NCBI GenBank assembly: GCA_021797515.1
Contig: JAJZZP010000046.1
Location: forward strand, 6,330 to 70,329
Origin: Bacillota bacterium
GTDB taxonomy: Bacteria; Bacillota; Sulfobacillia; Sulfobacillales; Sulfobacillaceae
Direction: 5' to 3'
Length of the DNA stretch: 64,000 nucleotides
The notes under the pieces are model-generated. The model was not told where the DNA came from. It saw only the letters and a list, made by a program, of their open reading frames with translations, and ran no database searches. Below are positions 17,660-27,235 of the stretch, piece by piece (the stretch's first letter is position 1; the number at the start of each line of letters is the position of its first letter). The position numbers and the translations under genes were made by a program.

Positions 17660-19324
17660 TCACGCTCTTGGCGGTTGGTTGCGGCCAGGATCCGATGTCG
17701 ACTGCTGTCGCTCCTTGAGAATGCGACGCAATATTTTCCCTGTTCCCGTAGCGGGCAGCGAAGCCAGCACCTCAACCTCGCGAGGATATTTATAGTGAGC
17801 CATCCGCTCCTTGGACCAATCGATGAGCTCTTCCGGGCTGAGAGTTTCTCCAGGCTTTGCCACAACGTATGCCTTGACGACCTCTCCATGATACGGATGT
17901 GTTATCCCAATGACGGCTACTTGCGCTATTTTGGGATGATGGATGAGCAGTGATTCCACATCCTCAGGAAAGACGCTGTATCCCGAGACTTTAATCATTT
18001 CTTTGAATCGACCCTGAAAATACAGGTAACCGTCATCATCCATCTTGCCAACGTCTCCGGTCAGCACATACCCGTCTCGCAACGCTGCCGCCGTAGCCTC
18101 GGGTGCGTGCCAATATCCGGCAAACACCCCTGGATTGCGAACGGCAATCTCGCCTTGGGTATTGACAGGGCATTCTTGGCCCGTATCCGGATCGACAATG
18201 CGAATCTGGCAGCCAATAACCGGTTTCCCCACGGTACCCCAGCGAATCGCATCGACCGGCATGGCCGTGTCGCCGGTATGGGTTTCTGTCAACCCATAGG
18301 ACGACTCGTGTATCCGGCACCCGTTGGTCAATGTTTGCCATTGGTGAGCCAAGTCCTCGGTCAAGGGCATTCCAAAACTGGTACAAAGATTATGTTGTAG
18401 CGACGTCAAACGAGGGCTTTTTGTCCCCAGCCGATCGAGAATGGCACGGTTCATCGGAACCACGCTGAGCCACCAGGTGACGCCGTATTGCTCAATGGCT
18501 TGGACTGCCGCATCTGGATCAAAACGATATAGCAGTACTTCGCTGATGCCTTGATAGATGACCAAGTTCAGACCCACCAAGAGACCCGCAATGTGCGACA
18601 AAGGCATAGTCGCCAGGGTCACGTCTTTAGCGGTGACGCCGTTGGAGACGCATCCCGCAGCAGCCTTGAAAATCGCGTTGCGGTAGGTCAGCATGGCTCC
18701 TTTGGGACTGCCGGTAGTGCCCGAGGTGTAGATCATGAGAGAGACTTGGCCAATCTCCAAATCTGGCTCGGGGGGATTGGCCGGGGTAGCCGAAAGTGTT
18801 TCGATCAAATCTGCCACATTATCTAAGTGCACCCGCGATACCACCATTTCGGGAGGAACCGGCAGCGTGGGGGTTTCGGGCAAGAAGTCGCAATAGTCCG
18901 TAGCCACGACAAGCTCCACCGCCGTTTGGTCTCGTATCGATGCCAAGACAGCATAATTGTCATACGACAACACAATCACGCGCGCGCCGCTGTGGTCCAA
19001 TTGATATTGGAGCTCCCACTCTTTGAAGGCAGGGCTCACTGGCGTGACGATGGCGCCTATCTTCTGAGCCCCTAAAAAGGCTATCACGAACTGCGGGCAA
19101 TTCCCTAAATACAACGCCACCCGATCTCCAACCGCAACCCTCTGCGACGTTAAGAAGGTTGCAAAACGGTCGGTCCAATCCTCGAGTTCCCCGTACGTGA
19201 TGATTCGGCCATACCAAATAATGGCCGGCTGACCTGGAGTCTTTTGCGCGTGCATCCGCAAATACTCATGAAGGGGGCGTTCCCCCCACTCGTACAACAT
19301 ATCGGATATGGTTGGGTTTGCCAT
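17660..19324 (-). CDS. AMP-dependent acyl-CoA synthetase (ACS2)
   Basis: The motifs YTSGTTGSPKG, YGLTE, TGDVGKMDDDG and GKILRR are present. AGGAGGAG lies upstream of the start. Confidence 0.85.
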   Translation of the reverse strand: MANPTISDMLYEWGERPLHEYLRMHAQKTPGQPAIIWYGRIITYGELEDWTDRFATFLTSQRVAVGDRVALYLGNCPQFVIAFLGAQKIGAIVTPVSPAFKEWELQYQLDHSGARVIVLSYDNYAVLASIRDQTAVELVVATDYCDFLPETPTLPVPPEMVVSRVHLDNVADLIETLSATPANPPEPDLEIGQVSLMIYTSGTTGSPKGAMLTYRNAIFKAAAGCVSNGVTAKDVTLATMPLSHIAGLLVGLNLVIYQGISEVLLYRFDPDAAVQAIEQYGVTWWLSVVPMNRAILDRLGTKSPRLTSLQHNLCTSFGMPLTEDLAHQWQTLTNGCRIHESSYGLTETHTGDTAMPVDAIRWGTVGKPVIGCQIRIVDPDTGQECPVNTQGEIAVRNPGVFAGYWHAPEATAAALRDGYVLTGDVGKMDDDGYLYFQGRFKEMIKVSGYSVFPEDVESLLIHHPKIAQVAVIGITHPYHGEVVKAYVVAKPGETLSPEELIDWSKERMAHYKYPREVEVLASLPATGTGKILRRILKERQQSTSDPGRNQPPRA

Positions 19325-19341
19325 TGTTCTCCTCCTGATAG

Positions 19342-20895
19342 TTAGAATCCGGTTGGCCAGTTCGCCAATCTCCGTTCACTCTTCCAATGTCCGTTGTCCC
19401 AAATGCTCTTAAGCACCCGCACCAAGAATCGTCTTGTGGTGCGAGGATCAATGACATCGTGAATCAGATATTTTCCCGCGGCAGGATAGGGTCCGACTTC
19501 GAACTCCCACTGACTTAAGAGTTCCTGGCGAAGCTTGTCGCTATCCGGGGCGTCCGCCAGCATCTTCTTGTAGACCACGTTGATGCCTACCTCAGCGCCG
19601 GTAAAGCTGATCTCGGCCGTGGGCCAGGCCACGACAAAATCCGATCCCATGCCAGGACCCGCCATATTGCTGTAGGCAGCGCCGATACTCTTGCGAATGA
19701 CCACCGATATCTTGGGCACGGTTGACCACGCCAGGGCCTGGTTCCACACCATGATTTTCGTCGGGATTTTTTCACGCTCAGCCACACTGCCCACGCGAAA
19801 ACCAGGAATGTCGTGCAAGAAGATTAAAGGAATGTGGTACGAGTCGCACAAACAAATAAACTCGGTAGCCTTGTCCGCTTCATCTGGGCCCGCCGCCCCG
19901 GCTTGGAAAAGCGGCTGACTCGCTATCACTCCGACAGGATGACCGTCTAGCCGTGCGAAAGATGTTAAAAGAGCCCGCCCAAACCCTGCCCGCAGGTTGA
20001 AGACGCTCCCGTGGTCAAAAATCACGCTGATCAGCCTTCGCATGTCGTATGGTCTAGTCCGCTCTGTCGGTACAATGTCCGAGACTTCCTCCACCATGCG
20101 GTCTGGGGCATCATCAGTGGCAAAGCGTGGAGGCTCTGCCTCAGCGTTTTGGGGCAGGTAGCTAAAAACTGTTCGCAAGGCATGAAGACTATCGTCAATG
20201 GTTTCGCCGACATGATCGATTTGCCCTGTAATTTCCCCTTGAATTTTCACCCCTCCGAGCTCTTCCGCCCCGATTCGCTCACCCGTGGCGATTTCCAGCA
20301 TACGGGGGCCTACGGCCGCCATCGCGGTGCCACGGACTTGCGTGACAAAGTCTGAAGAGACCGCCACCCATGTGGGTCCGCCAAAGCTGTCACCTAAAAT
20401 AGCCGTCAACAAAGGACTCTGACGGCCATGTTGGAGCAGATGCATGGGCATCATGCTTTGGCTGATGCCATCGGACCCCATGCCATCGGGAATACGCAGC
20501 CCTCCTCCTTCACCCAAATGAAAGATTGGCAGACCTCGTTTGACAGCAAACTCATCCAACTGCTGCCATTTTCGCAAATGAATACGGCCTTCCGTTCCGG
20601 CCAAGACCTCACGATTGACGGCAATCACCATGACCTGGCGGCCGTCGACACTGGCCAACCCGCCAATTAATCCGTCACCCGGCGACCGATCTTTCATTTC
20701 ACCCACATCTGAGTGACTCAGCACCCCAAATTCATAAAAACTGCCCGCATCGACCAAGCGTTGCACATTGTCGCGCATTGAAACAGGATGTGCCTGCGAT
20801 AATCCCGGTTCCTGTGCATGCGTTGCTGGTCTCGTCGCGCTATAGTCTAGCGCCTGCTGCTTTCGTTTCCCTAAATCGTTGATTAGGTCATGCAT
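19342..20895 (-). CDS. Acyl-CoA carboxylase carboxyltransferase (beta) subunit family protein
   Basis: The 517-aa product has a two-lobed carboxyltransferase architecture (...GEGGGLRIPDG... and ...IFLHDIPGFRVG...). No biotin carboxylase or BCCP gene is present in the window. Confidence 0.8.
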   Translation of the reverse strand: MHDLINDLGKRKQQALDYSATRPATHAQEPGLSQAHPVSMRDNVQRLVDAGSFYEFGVLSHSDVGEMKDRSPGDGLIGGLASVDGRQVMVIAVNREVLAGTEGRIHLRKWQQLDEFAVKRGLPIFHLGEGGGLRIPDGMGSDGISQSMMPMHLLQHGRQSPLLTAILGDSFGGPTWVAVSSDFVTQVRGTAMAAVGPRMLEIATGERIGAEELGGVKIQGEITGQIDHVGETIDDSLHALRTVFSYLPQNAEAEPPRFATDDAPDRMVEEVSDIVPTERTRPYDMRRLISVIFDHGSVFNLRAGFGRALLTSFARLDGHPVGVIASQPLFQAGAAGPDEADKATEFICLCDSYHIPLIFLHDIPGFRVGSVAEREKIPTKIMVWNQALAWSTVPKISVVIRKSIGAAYSNMAGPGMGSDFVVAWPTAEISFTGAEVGINVVYKKMLADAPDSDKLRQELLSQWEFEVGPYPAAGKYLIHDVIDPRTTRRFLVRVLKSIWDNGHWKSERRLANWPTGF

Positions 20896-21001
20896 TGTGT
20901 CCTAAACCCCTCTTCCCACAGCTCTCACACTGTCCATTCTCTCGCACAGCCCACAAATGCAAAAGGTGCGCCCACTGGCAGGGTTCATTATCTTATCCTC
21001 A

Positions 21002-21575
21002 CTAATCGCCAAATATCGGCTTCCGTTTACTCAAAAATGCGTCAATTCTCTCATTGAAATCGTTCGACTGCGAAATTTCCCGCAGTTTTTCTGCGGTATA
21101 GTCCATGGCGAATCGAACCTGGGATGTTCCCCCAATAGGTTTCAATTCCCAACCGATTTAGGATCTGTGGAACGCGCACGATCAGGCACTGAAACATACC
21201 ATCAATGATCCCAGACCGCGTTTCTGGCAAGAGGAGGAGATTAATGATGCCCTTTCCTTGCGACACGACTTGATCCGCAGTGGGGCGAATTCCCACGGGG
21301 CGTCCTGCCGCTCCCCGCCGGTCGATAGCCGGAAACGCACGCGGCTTCCGCAACCCCGCATTCGATTTGGCTAATCCTCGTCTAGACTGCCAAACCCTAA
21401 AGGCCGGTACCCCTGTTTTGACAACTCTATGGGCCAATTGGTTATCGTATTGCAAGTTCATCACCACATCCCTTAATGGGGGGTCGTCAAAATCGCACCA
21501 GGTAGGAAAACGCCTACGTACATCCACGGCAGTCTCGCCGTGGCCAAGTTCCCCGAAACTTGTATGCGGTCTCAT
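21002..21575 (-). pseudogene. Enoyl-CoA hydratase/isomerase (crotonase) family gene with a frameshift and a probable internal deletion
   Basis: The ATG lies 1 nt after the E2 stop. The N-terminal part is crotonase-like (..RVVKTG.., ..KPRAFPAIDRRGAAG.., ..LLPETRSGII..). A different frame carries the typical C-terminus ..DFNERIDAFLSKRKPIFGD*. About 60 aa of the middle of the protein is missing. Confidence 0.45.
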
Positions 21576-21576
21576 C

Positions 21577-22854
21577 TTAGAGCAGACGTGTGGGTCTATT
21601 GACAACGCCCTTCAGGGTTTTGATGAACCGCCCCGCCACAGCCCCGTCCACTACCCGATGGTCGACCGTCAAGCTGTATGGCATTCGGTATCCCACAACG
21701 ACACGATCATCGCGGTCCACGGCAGCATATTTTTCCAGTGCGCCGATGCCCAAAAGACCTGTTTGTCCCCTGTTAAGAATTGGCGTCCCCCATTCTCCGC
21801 CAAAGCTGCCAAAATTGCTCAGGGTTACGGTTCCTTCGCTCATTTCGTCGGAACTCAACCGAGCCTCGCGCGCTTTAGCGGCAAGTTCAGCAAGTTCTCG
21901 GTGAATTGCCACCAACGTTTTATGGTCGGCCTCACGAATCACCGGGACTAAAAGGCCTCGTTCAGTATCCACTGCCACCCCAATATTAATGGCGCCCCAC
22001 TGCACCCATTCCTGGCCGGCCAAACGCCCATTAAGCACGGGATTGGCAGCCACGGCAACCGCTAACACTTTTACAAAAATGGCTGACCAGGATGGCCTCA
22101 CCCCCAAATATTCACGGTCCTCTTGCAAAGCCTGGAAAACCTTGAACAATGGCTCTATATCCAACCAGCCCATGAGTGTCATTTGAGCGGACTCCGCCAA
22201 GCTTTGCATCATGTTGCGGGCAATTGTCTGTCGCATGGGAGTAAGAGGCGTGCGTCCTCCCGAAGAAGGTCTAGAGTCCAGGTCAGTGGATGGTGGAGCC
22301 GGAGCCGTTGTTAGTCGAACTCGGCGGACATCGGTGGCGAGCACTTCTTGATGAGGCCCGCTTCCTTCAATTCCGCCCAAGTCAATCGCCCATTGCCGCG
22401 ACAGTGCACGTGCCAATGGCGTCGCCGGAACCAAGTGGTCAGACAGGTCCTCAACCGGGGATTTTGCGTCGTCGGCTGCTTGCAATACATCATGCCGCGT
22501 GATTCGCCGGTATGACTTCTCGGCAGGGATATTGGACAAATCTACCCCCATCGACTCGGCCAGGCGTCGCACCGACGGATTGGCCCGATGGTTCTCTTCC
22601 CTCATTGATGCGCCTTTGACTTCTGACCCTTCGAGAACATGGCCAATCACCTCGGTCATCTTAGCCCGCTGCCCTTCGGTCACAACAACGTGCAAGACCC
22701 CATCGCCAGGCGACGACAACTCGGTCACCACCTTATCCGTCTCTAAAATCGCGATAATTTCATCTTTATGCACGGGCTCACCTGGTGATTTAAGCCACTG
22801 CTGTATAACGACATCGCCGTTTTCCACCCCAATTTTAGGAATTCGAATCTCCAC
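21577..22854 (-). CDS. Dihydrolipoamide acyltransferase (E2) of a 2-oxoacid/acetoin-type dehydrogenase complex
   Basis: A lipoyl domain (..ILETDKVV..), a PSBD (..PSVRRLAESMGVDLS..) and the catalytic DHRVVDG motif are present. The start codon is GTG, with AGGAGG upstream. Confidence 0.85.
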   Translation of the reverse strand: MEIRIPKIGVENGDVVIQQWLKSPGEPVHKDEIIAILETDKVVTELSSPGDGVLHVVVTEGQRAKMTEVIGHVLEGSEVKGASMREENHRANPSVRRLAESMGVDLSNIPAEKSYRRITRHDVLQAADDAKSPVEDLSDHLVPATPLARALSRQWAIDLGGIEGSGPHQEVLATDVRRVRLTTAPAPPSTDLDSRPSSGGRTPLTPMRQTIARNMMQSLAESAQMTLMGWLDIEPLFKVFQALQEDREYLGVRPSWSAIFVKVLAVAVAANPVLNGRLAGQEWVQWGAINIGVAVDTERGLLVPVIREADHKTLVAIHRELAELAAKAREARLSSDEMSEGTVTLSNFGSFGGEWGTPILNRGQTGLLGIGALEKYAAVDRDDRVVVGYRMPYSLTVDHRVVDGAVAGRFIKTLKGVVNRPTRLL

Positions 22855-22857
22855 GAA

Positions 22858-23844
22858 CTAGCCTCCTTTAATCGCCCGATGCACAGCCTCAACAATATCT
22901 TTTTTGCCCGGCAAGATATAGTCCTCGCTGCGGCCAACGGGTATCGGGGTAAATTTACTAGTCACTCGAATAACGGGCGCATCCAGGTAGTACAAAGCTT
23001 TTTCGGCCGCCAGCGCAGCAATTTCGGCGCCGAAGCCAAATGGGGCGGGTGCTTCATGCGCCACCACCAGACGATTCGTTTTTTTGACCGAATTGAGGAT
23101 GGTGTCACTGTCTATTGGCATGGCCGTGCGGGCATCGACCACTTCAGCTTCGATACCTTCCTGGGCTAGCTCTTCGGCTGCTTGCAGTGTGTGACTGACC
23201 ATGATACCAATAGCCACAATGGTGACGTCAGAACCTGTACGCCGGACTTTGGCAACACCCAATGGAATGAGGTAATCGTTGTCGGGCACCTCGACTTTTG
23301 CCCCTAACAACGATTTTTGTTCCATAAAGATCACTGGATCCGGATCGCGAATGCTGGACTTCAACAACCCCTTTGCCTCGTACGCATCCGAGGGCATCAC
23401 AACTTTTAATCCTGGAATATGACCGAACACACTCTCTAGACTTTGCGAATGATGCATGCCTGCCCGAAATCCCCCACCGCTAAGTGTGCGCACGACAAGC
23501 GGAATGTGGACCTGACCGCCGTACATATAGCGCATTTTAGCGGCATGGTTCGCGATTTGATCCATGGCCAAAAAGATGAAATCCATGAACATAATTTCTA
23601 CGATGGGCCGCAATCCCAATGCGGCGGCACCTATGCCCAACCCGACAATGGCTTCCTCACTAATGGGGGTATCGCGTACCCGCATCTCCCCGTATTTGGC
23701 CAACAGGCCGCGCGTTAAACCAAACGCCCCCCCACTGTCGGCAACATCCTCTCCGATCAGAAAGACACCGGCATCACGGGCCATTTCTTCATCAATAGCT
23801 TGGGTAAGCGCCCGACGATAACTTAATTGACTCATCTTTTGCAT
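22858..23844 (-). CDS. 2-oxoacid dehydrogenase E1 component, beta subunit
   Basis: The product has a transketolase-like pyrimidine-binding fold (..FLIGEDV..GGAFG..RVRDTPISE..). The start is uncertain by 3 codons. Confidence 0.85.
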   Translation of the reverse strand: MQKMSQLSYRRALTQAIDEEMARDAGVFLIGEDVADSGGAFGLTRGLLAKYGEMRVRDTPISEEAIVGLGIGAAALGLRPIVEIMFMDFIFLAMDQIANHAAKMRYMYGGQVHIPLVVRTLSGGGFRAGMHHSQSLESVFGHIPGLKVVMPSDAYEAKGLLKSSIRDPDPVIFMEQKSLLGAKVEVPDNDYLIPLGVAKVRRTGSDVTIVAIGIMVSHTLQAAEELAQEGIEAEVVDARTAMPIDSDTILNSVKKTNRLVVAHEAPAPFGFGAEIAALAAEKALYYLDAPVIRVTSKFTPIPVGRSEDYILPGKKDIVEAVHRAIKGG

Positions 23845-23886
23845 ATTCCTCCATCCCCAGTTTTCCCTCATGGTGCCGTTGTGGCA

Positions 23887-24873
23887 TTATGCGGAAGTAT
23901 TTGTTGCATATACGTTGCTCAGGAGGTTTTCAGGCGTCGGATATGGGCTCGCTTTAGCGAATGCCACCGCTTCACTGAGGAGGTCTTCAAAGTTTTTCTC
24001 CAAGTCTAAGAGCTGCTGGGAGTCAAGAATCCCTTGATCGTGGACTCGCGCCCGCAGCAATGGCAAGGGATCACGCGCGCGCCAGGCCTCTACCTCATTC
24101 TTATCACGATATTCCTCGGGATCCCCCTCATAGTGTCCATGCCAACGATATGTCTTAACCTCAATCAAACTGGGTCCTTGGTTCTCGCGGGCACGTGCAA
24201 TGGCCTCTTGAAGCACCGTGTAGGTTGCATCCAAGTCATAGCCATCAACCGCAATCCCTGGCATACCGTACGCTTCCGCCTTTTTGGCAATGCGCGTTTC
24301 CTTCATTTCTTTACTCAGCGGGGTCATTTCCGAATATAAATTATTCTCGCAAATAAACACTATCGGCAAGTTCCACAACGCAGCGAGGTTCATGCTCTCA
24401 TGAAACGATCCTTGCGTGGTCGCCCCATCGCCAAACCCACACACTGCGATACCATCGGTATGGCGGTAGAGTTGGACAAAAGCCGCGCCCAATGCCAGCG
24501 GTAGGGCGGCGCCTATTACCCCGGTGCTGCCAAAGATGCCATGGCTCACGTCGGCGGCGTGCGCCTCACCCCCCACACCGCCGCAAATCCCCGATTGCCG
24601 TCCCAGAATTTCCGCAATCAGGGCCCGAGGGGGAACACCCCGCGCTAAAAATGTGGCCTTGGACCGATGATAGGGAACAATATAGTCGTGCGCTTGCAAT
24701 GTGACCCCCAGAATGACGCCGACCAATTCTTGGCCAATTCCCGAATGGAGCCAACCATCTATCTCCCCGCGGCGAAACATGTCTGCCAGGGTTTCTTCGA
24801 ATCGTCTGGCAAAATACAGATTGCGATAAAACGCAACCAACATTTGCTCATCTATCGTATGAATCTCACTCAT
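23887..24873 (-). CDS. 2-oxoacid dehydrogenase E1 component, alpha subunit (TPP-binding)
   Basis: The TPP motif ..GFGDGATTQGSFHESMNLAALWNLPIVFICENNLY.. is present. The start was set at MSEIHT, which has AGGAGG upstream. Confidence 0.85.
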   Translation of the reverse strand: MSEIHTIDEQMLVAFYRNLYFARRFEETLADMFRRGEIDGWLHSGIGQELVGVILGVTLQAHDYIVPYHRSKATFLARGVPPRALIAEILGRQSGICGGVGGEAHAADVSHGIFGSTGVIGAALPLALGAAFVQLYRHTDGIAVCGFGDGATTQGSFHESMNLAALWNLPIVFICENNLYSEMTPLSKEMKETRIAKKAEAYGMPGIAVDGYDLDATYTVLQEAIARARENQGPSLIEVKTYRWHGHYEGDPEEYRDKNEVEAWRARDPLPLLRARVHDQGILDSQQLLDLEKNFEDLLSEAVAFAKASPYPTPENLLSNVYATNTSA

Positions 24874-24928
24874 GCCGGGCCCTCCTAAAATCGATGGTGT
24901 CGGGTTGACCCCGTACGGATACGCGTGG

Positions 24929-26080
24929 TCATTGATCAAGCAGTTCCCGCGCTATGATGTGGCGTTGAATTTCGGAGGTGCCCCCGCCGATTTCAAATAA
25001 CTTGGCATCCCGCATAAATCGTTCGACAGGGAAATCCTTGGTGTAACCATATCCGCCAAGAATTTGCACGGCTTGCGTGGTGGCGCGCATCGCCACCTCC
25101 GAGCTATAGACCTTGCAGGCTGCGGAAATCAAGGTGGCGTCTGCCAGCTTGCCCTGGTCACACAAATAGGCAGATTTCAACACCATCAGTCGTGTCGCCT
25201 CGATTTCAATAAGCATGTTCGCCAATTTCTCTTGAATCATCTGAAATTGGCTGATCGAGCGTCCAAACTGCTTTCGCTCTTTGGAATACTGCAAGCTGAC
25301 GTCTAAAGCCCCTTGGGCCAATCCTAAGGCAGATGCCCCAAGAATCACCCGTTCACTGTTCAATCCAGACATCAGCACGTTCATGCCATTGTTCTCTGCG
25401 CCCACAACATGGTCTCGCGGCACTCGGCAGTCTTGGAAGATGAGTTCTCCTGTCGGCGATCCCCGCCATCCCATTTTTTCGAATTTGCGTCCTTTGGTAA
25501 AACCCGGCGACGGATAGTCCACCGCCAACAAACTGATCCCGCCCCGCCGATCATCGGGATTGGTCCGCACATAAACCAAAGCCAGAGTGGCATCAGGTCC
25601 ATTGGTGATAAATACCTTAGAGCCATTAAGGAGATACTCACGGCCGTGCTTCTCAGCCCGAAGGCTCATTGAGACCACATCGGAACCGGCTCCAGGTTCA
25701 GTCATGGCGAGGCAGCCGATGGTCTCTCCGGAACAAAGCCCGGGAAGATATTGCCGTTTTTGTTCATCGGTGGCGTTTCGCACCACGTTGTCTATCACCA
25801 AGCAAGATTGGTGCAGCAAGGTCGCCGCCGTCGACACACACACCCGAGACAACTCCTCCGCGACTATAGCCATTTCCATCACTCCGAGACCGGCACCCCC
25901 AAATTCTTCGGGGGCCGTAATCCCCAAAATGCCTAATTCTGCTGCACGTTTCCAGCTTTCTGCCGGAAATCGTTCATCACGATCAATCTCATAAGCGAGT
26001 GGTGCCACTTCTTGTTGGGCGAAAGTCCTAACTGTCTCTTGCAGCATTTTTTGCTCCGGGGTAAATTCCAGACTGATCAT
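24929..26080 (-). CDS. Canonical acyl-CoA dehydrogenase (short/branched-chain type)
   Basis: The 383-aa product reads ..[12 protein letters not shown].. and carries the C-terminal [19 protein letters not shown] with the catalytic Glu. Confidence 0.9.
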   Translation of the reverse strand: MISLEFTPEQKMLQETVRTFAQQEVAPLAYEIDRDERFPAESWKRAAELGILGITAPEEFGGAGLGVMEMAIVAEELSRVCVSTAATLLHQSCLVIDNVVRNATDEQKRQYLPGLCSGETIGCLAMTEPGAGSDVVSMSLRAEKHGREYLLNGSKVFITNGPDATLALVYVRTNPDDRRGGISLLAVDYPSPGFTKGRKFEKMGWRGSPTGELIFQDCRVPRDHVVGAENNGMNVLMSGLNSERVILGASALGLAQGALDVSLQYSKERKQFGRSISQFQMIQEKLANMLIEIEATRLMVLKSAYLCDQGKLADATLISAACKVYSSEVAMRATTQAVQILGGYGYTKDFPVERFMRDAKLFEIGGGTSEIQRHIIARELLDQ

Positions 26081-26149
26081 CGTATCTCTCCTCGTATATC
26101 AAGAGTGCCACCAACGCAGCCCTTATTGCCATGATGGTGGCCACGCCAT

Positions 26150-27208
26150 CTAGTTTTCGTCGGGCAACAACATTCCGCGCATGCCTTGAGGCGCGTCCAT
26201 CATGGTCCTAAACGCGTTATCGGCCTCACTGAGAGAAAAGCGCGCCGTCACCAGGTTCGATGTTTTCACCCACCCGCGTGCGAGGTATTCTAGACCGCGC
26301 GGGATAATGGAACCCAACACCCCGACAATGCGCACATCCTTAAAGATGATTTGGCTCACATCGACCGTCGACGGGCTTTCGGGCAGTCCCACGAGAGCTA
26401 CTTTGCCCCCCGCCCGAACAAAACCCAAAGCATCATTAAACGTCTCTTCGGCGCCGGCCGTGTCATAGACAACATCAGCCATCGCGCCCGTGCCAAAGTG
26501 ATGGAGCCCGATGCCGGTTACGGACTGAACCGCAGACAAAAGGTCAGGAACTTCTCTTGGATTGATTGCGATATCGGCACCGGCATCGAGTGCCCACTGG
26601 ATCTTTGCCGCCGACACTTCGGTGACAATAATTTGCTTGACGGGTATTTTCTTTACTCCCTGGACAATGAAGTTGCCAATCATTCCTGCGCCAATGACCA
26701 CGGCCACGTCGCCAGCCGTGGGTTTGGTCCGGGCTATTGCATACAATGCCGTACCCAAAGGTTCGGCCATCGCCGCCTCTTCGTCGGACAGTTCAGGCGG
26801 CACAATGAATAAGTTCTCTCCCACCACCGCATTTTCGATTTTCACATACTCGGCCATGGCGCCAGGCCGCCCATACCCTGTATAGTTTTCAAATAAATGG
26901 GGGCACAAGCGAAATTGCTTGTGTTGGCACCAAAAACATTGGCCGCAGTACGCTACAGAGAAACCCGTGGCACGCTGGCCCACTCGAATTCCGCCCACTT
27001 CGGATCCAAAATTCACGATCTCGCCACAAAATTCGTGGCCCATAATTTGAGAAGGAAAGGCGTACAACCCGGTGCGGTAGGTATGAAGATCGGAACCGCA
27101 AATGCCCACCGCCTTAACTTTTAACAAAATATCGCGGGGTCCTAGGGTAGGCATGTCAACGTGTTTCACTTCAACATGCCCCGGACCCTTAAAAACCACT
27201 GCTTTCAA
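26150..27208 (-). CDS. Zn-dependent MDR alcohol dehydrogenase (butanediol/sorbitol/threonine dehydrogenase-like)
   Basis: The motifs GICGSDLH, GHEFCGE, the structural-Zn cluster CGQCFWC..C and the Rossmann motif VIGAGMIG are present. The start was set at the TTG (MKAVVF), 9 nt after GGGAGAGG. Confidence 0.85.
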   Translation of the reverse strand: MKAVVFKGPGHVEVKHVDMPTLGPRDILLKVKAVGICGSDLHTYRTGLYAFPSQIMGHEFCGEIVNFGSEVGGIRVGQRATGFSVAYCGQCFWCQHKQFRLCPHLFENYTGYGRPGAMAEYVKIENAVVGENLFIVPPELSDEEAAMAEPLGTALYAIARTKPTAGDVAVVIGAGMIGNFIVQGVKKIPVKQIIVTEVSAAKIQWALDAGADIAINPREVPDLLSAVQSVTGIGLHHFGTGAMADVVYDTAGAEETFNDALGFVRAGGKVALVGLPESPSTVDVSQIIFKDVRIVGVLGSIIPRGLEYLARGWVKTSNLVTARFSLSEADNAFRTMMDAPQGMRGMLLPDEN

Positions 27209-27235
27209 CCAAAACACCTCTCCCTGCTGTGTCTG

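Noticed and set aside
17472-17663. A 63-aa ORF in the 378-bp gap between ACS2 and the ACAD10/11-type gene.
   Set aside because: It overlaps the ACS2 stop and runs straight through the predicted promoter/operator. It has no RBS and no recognisable motif.
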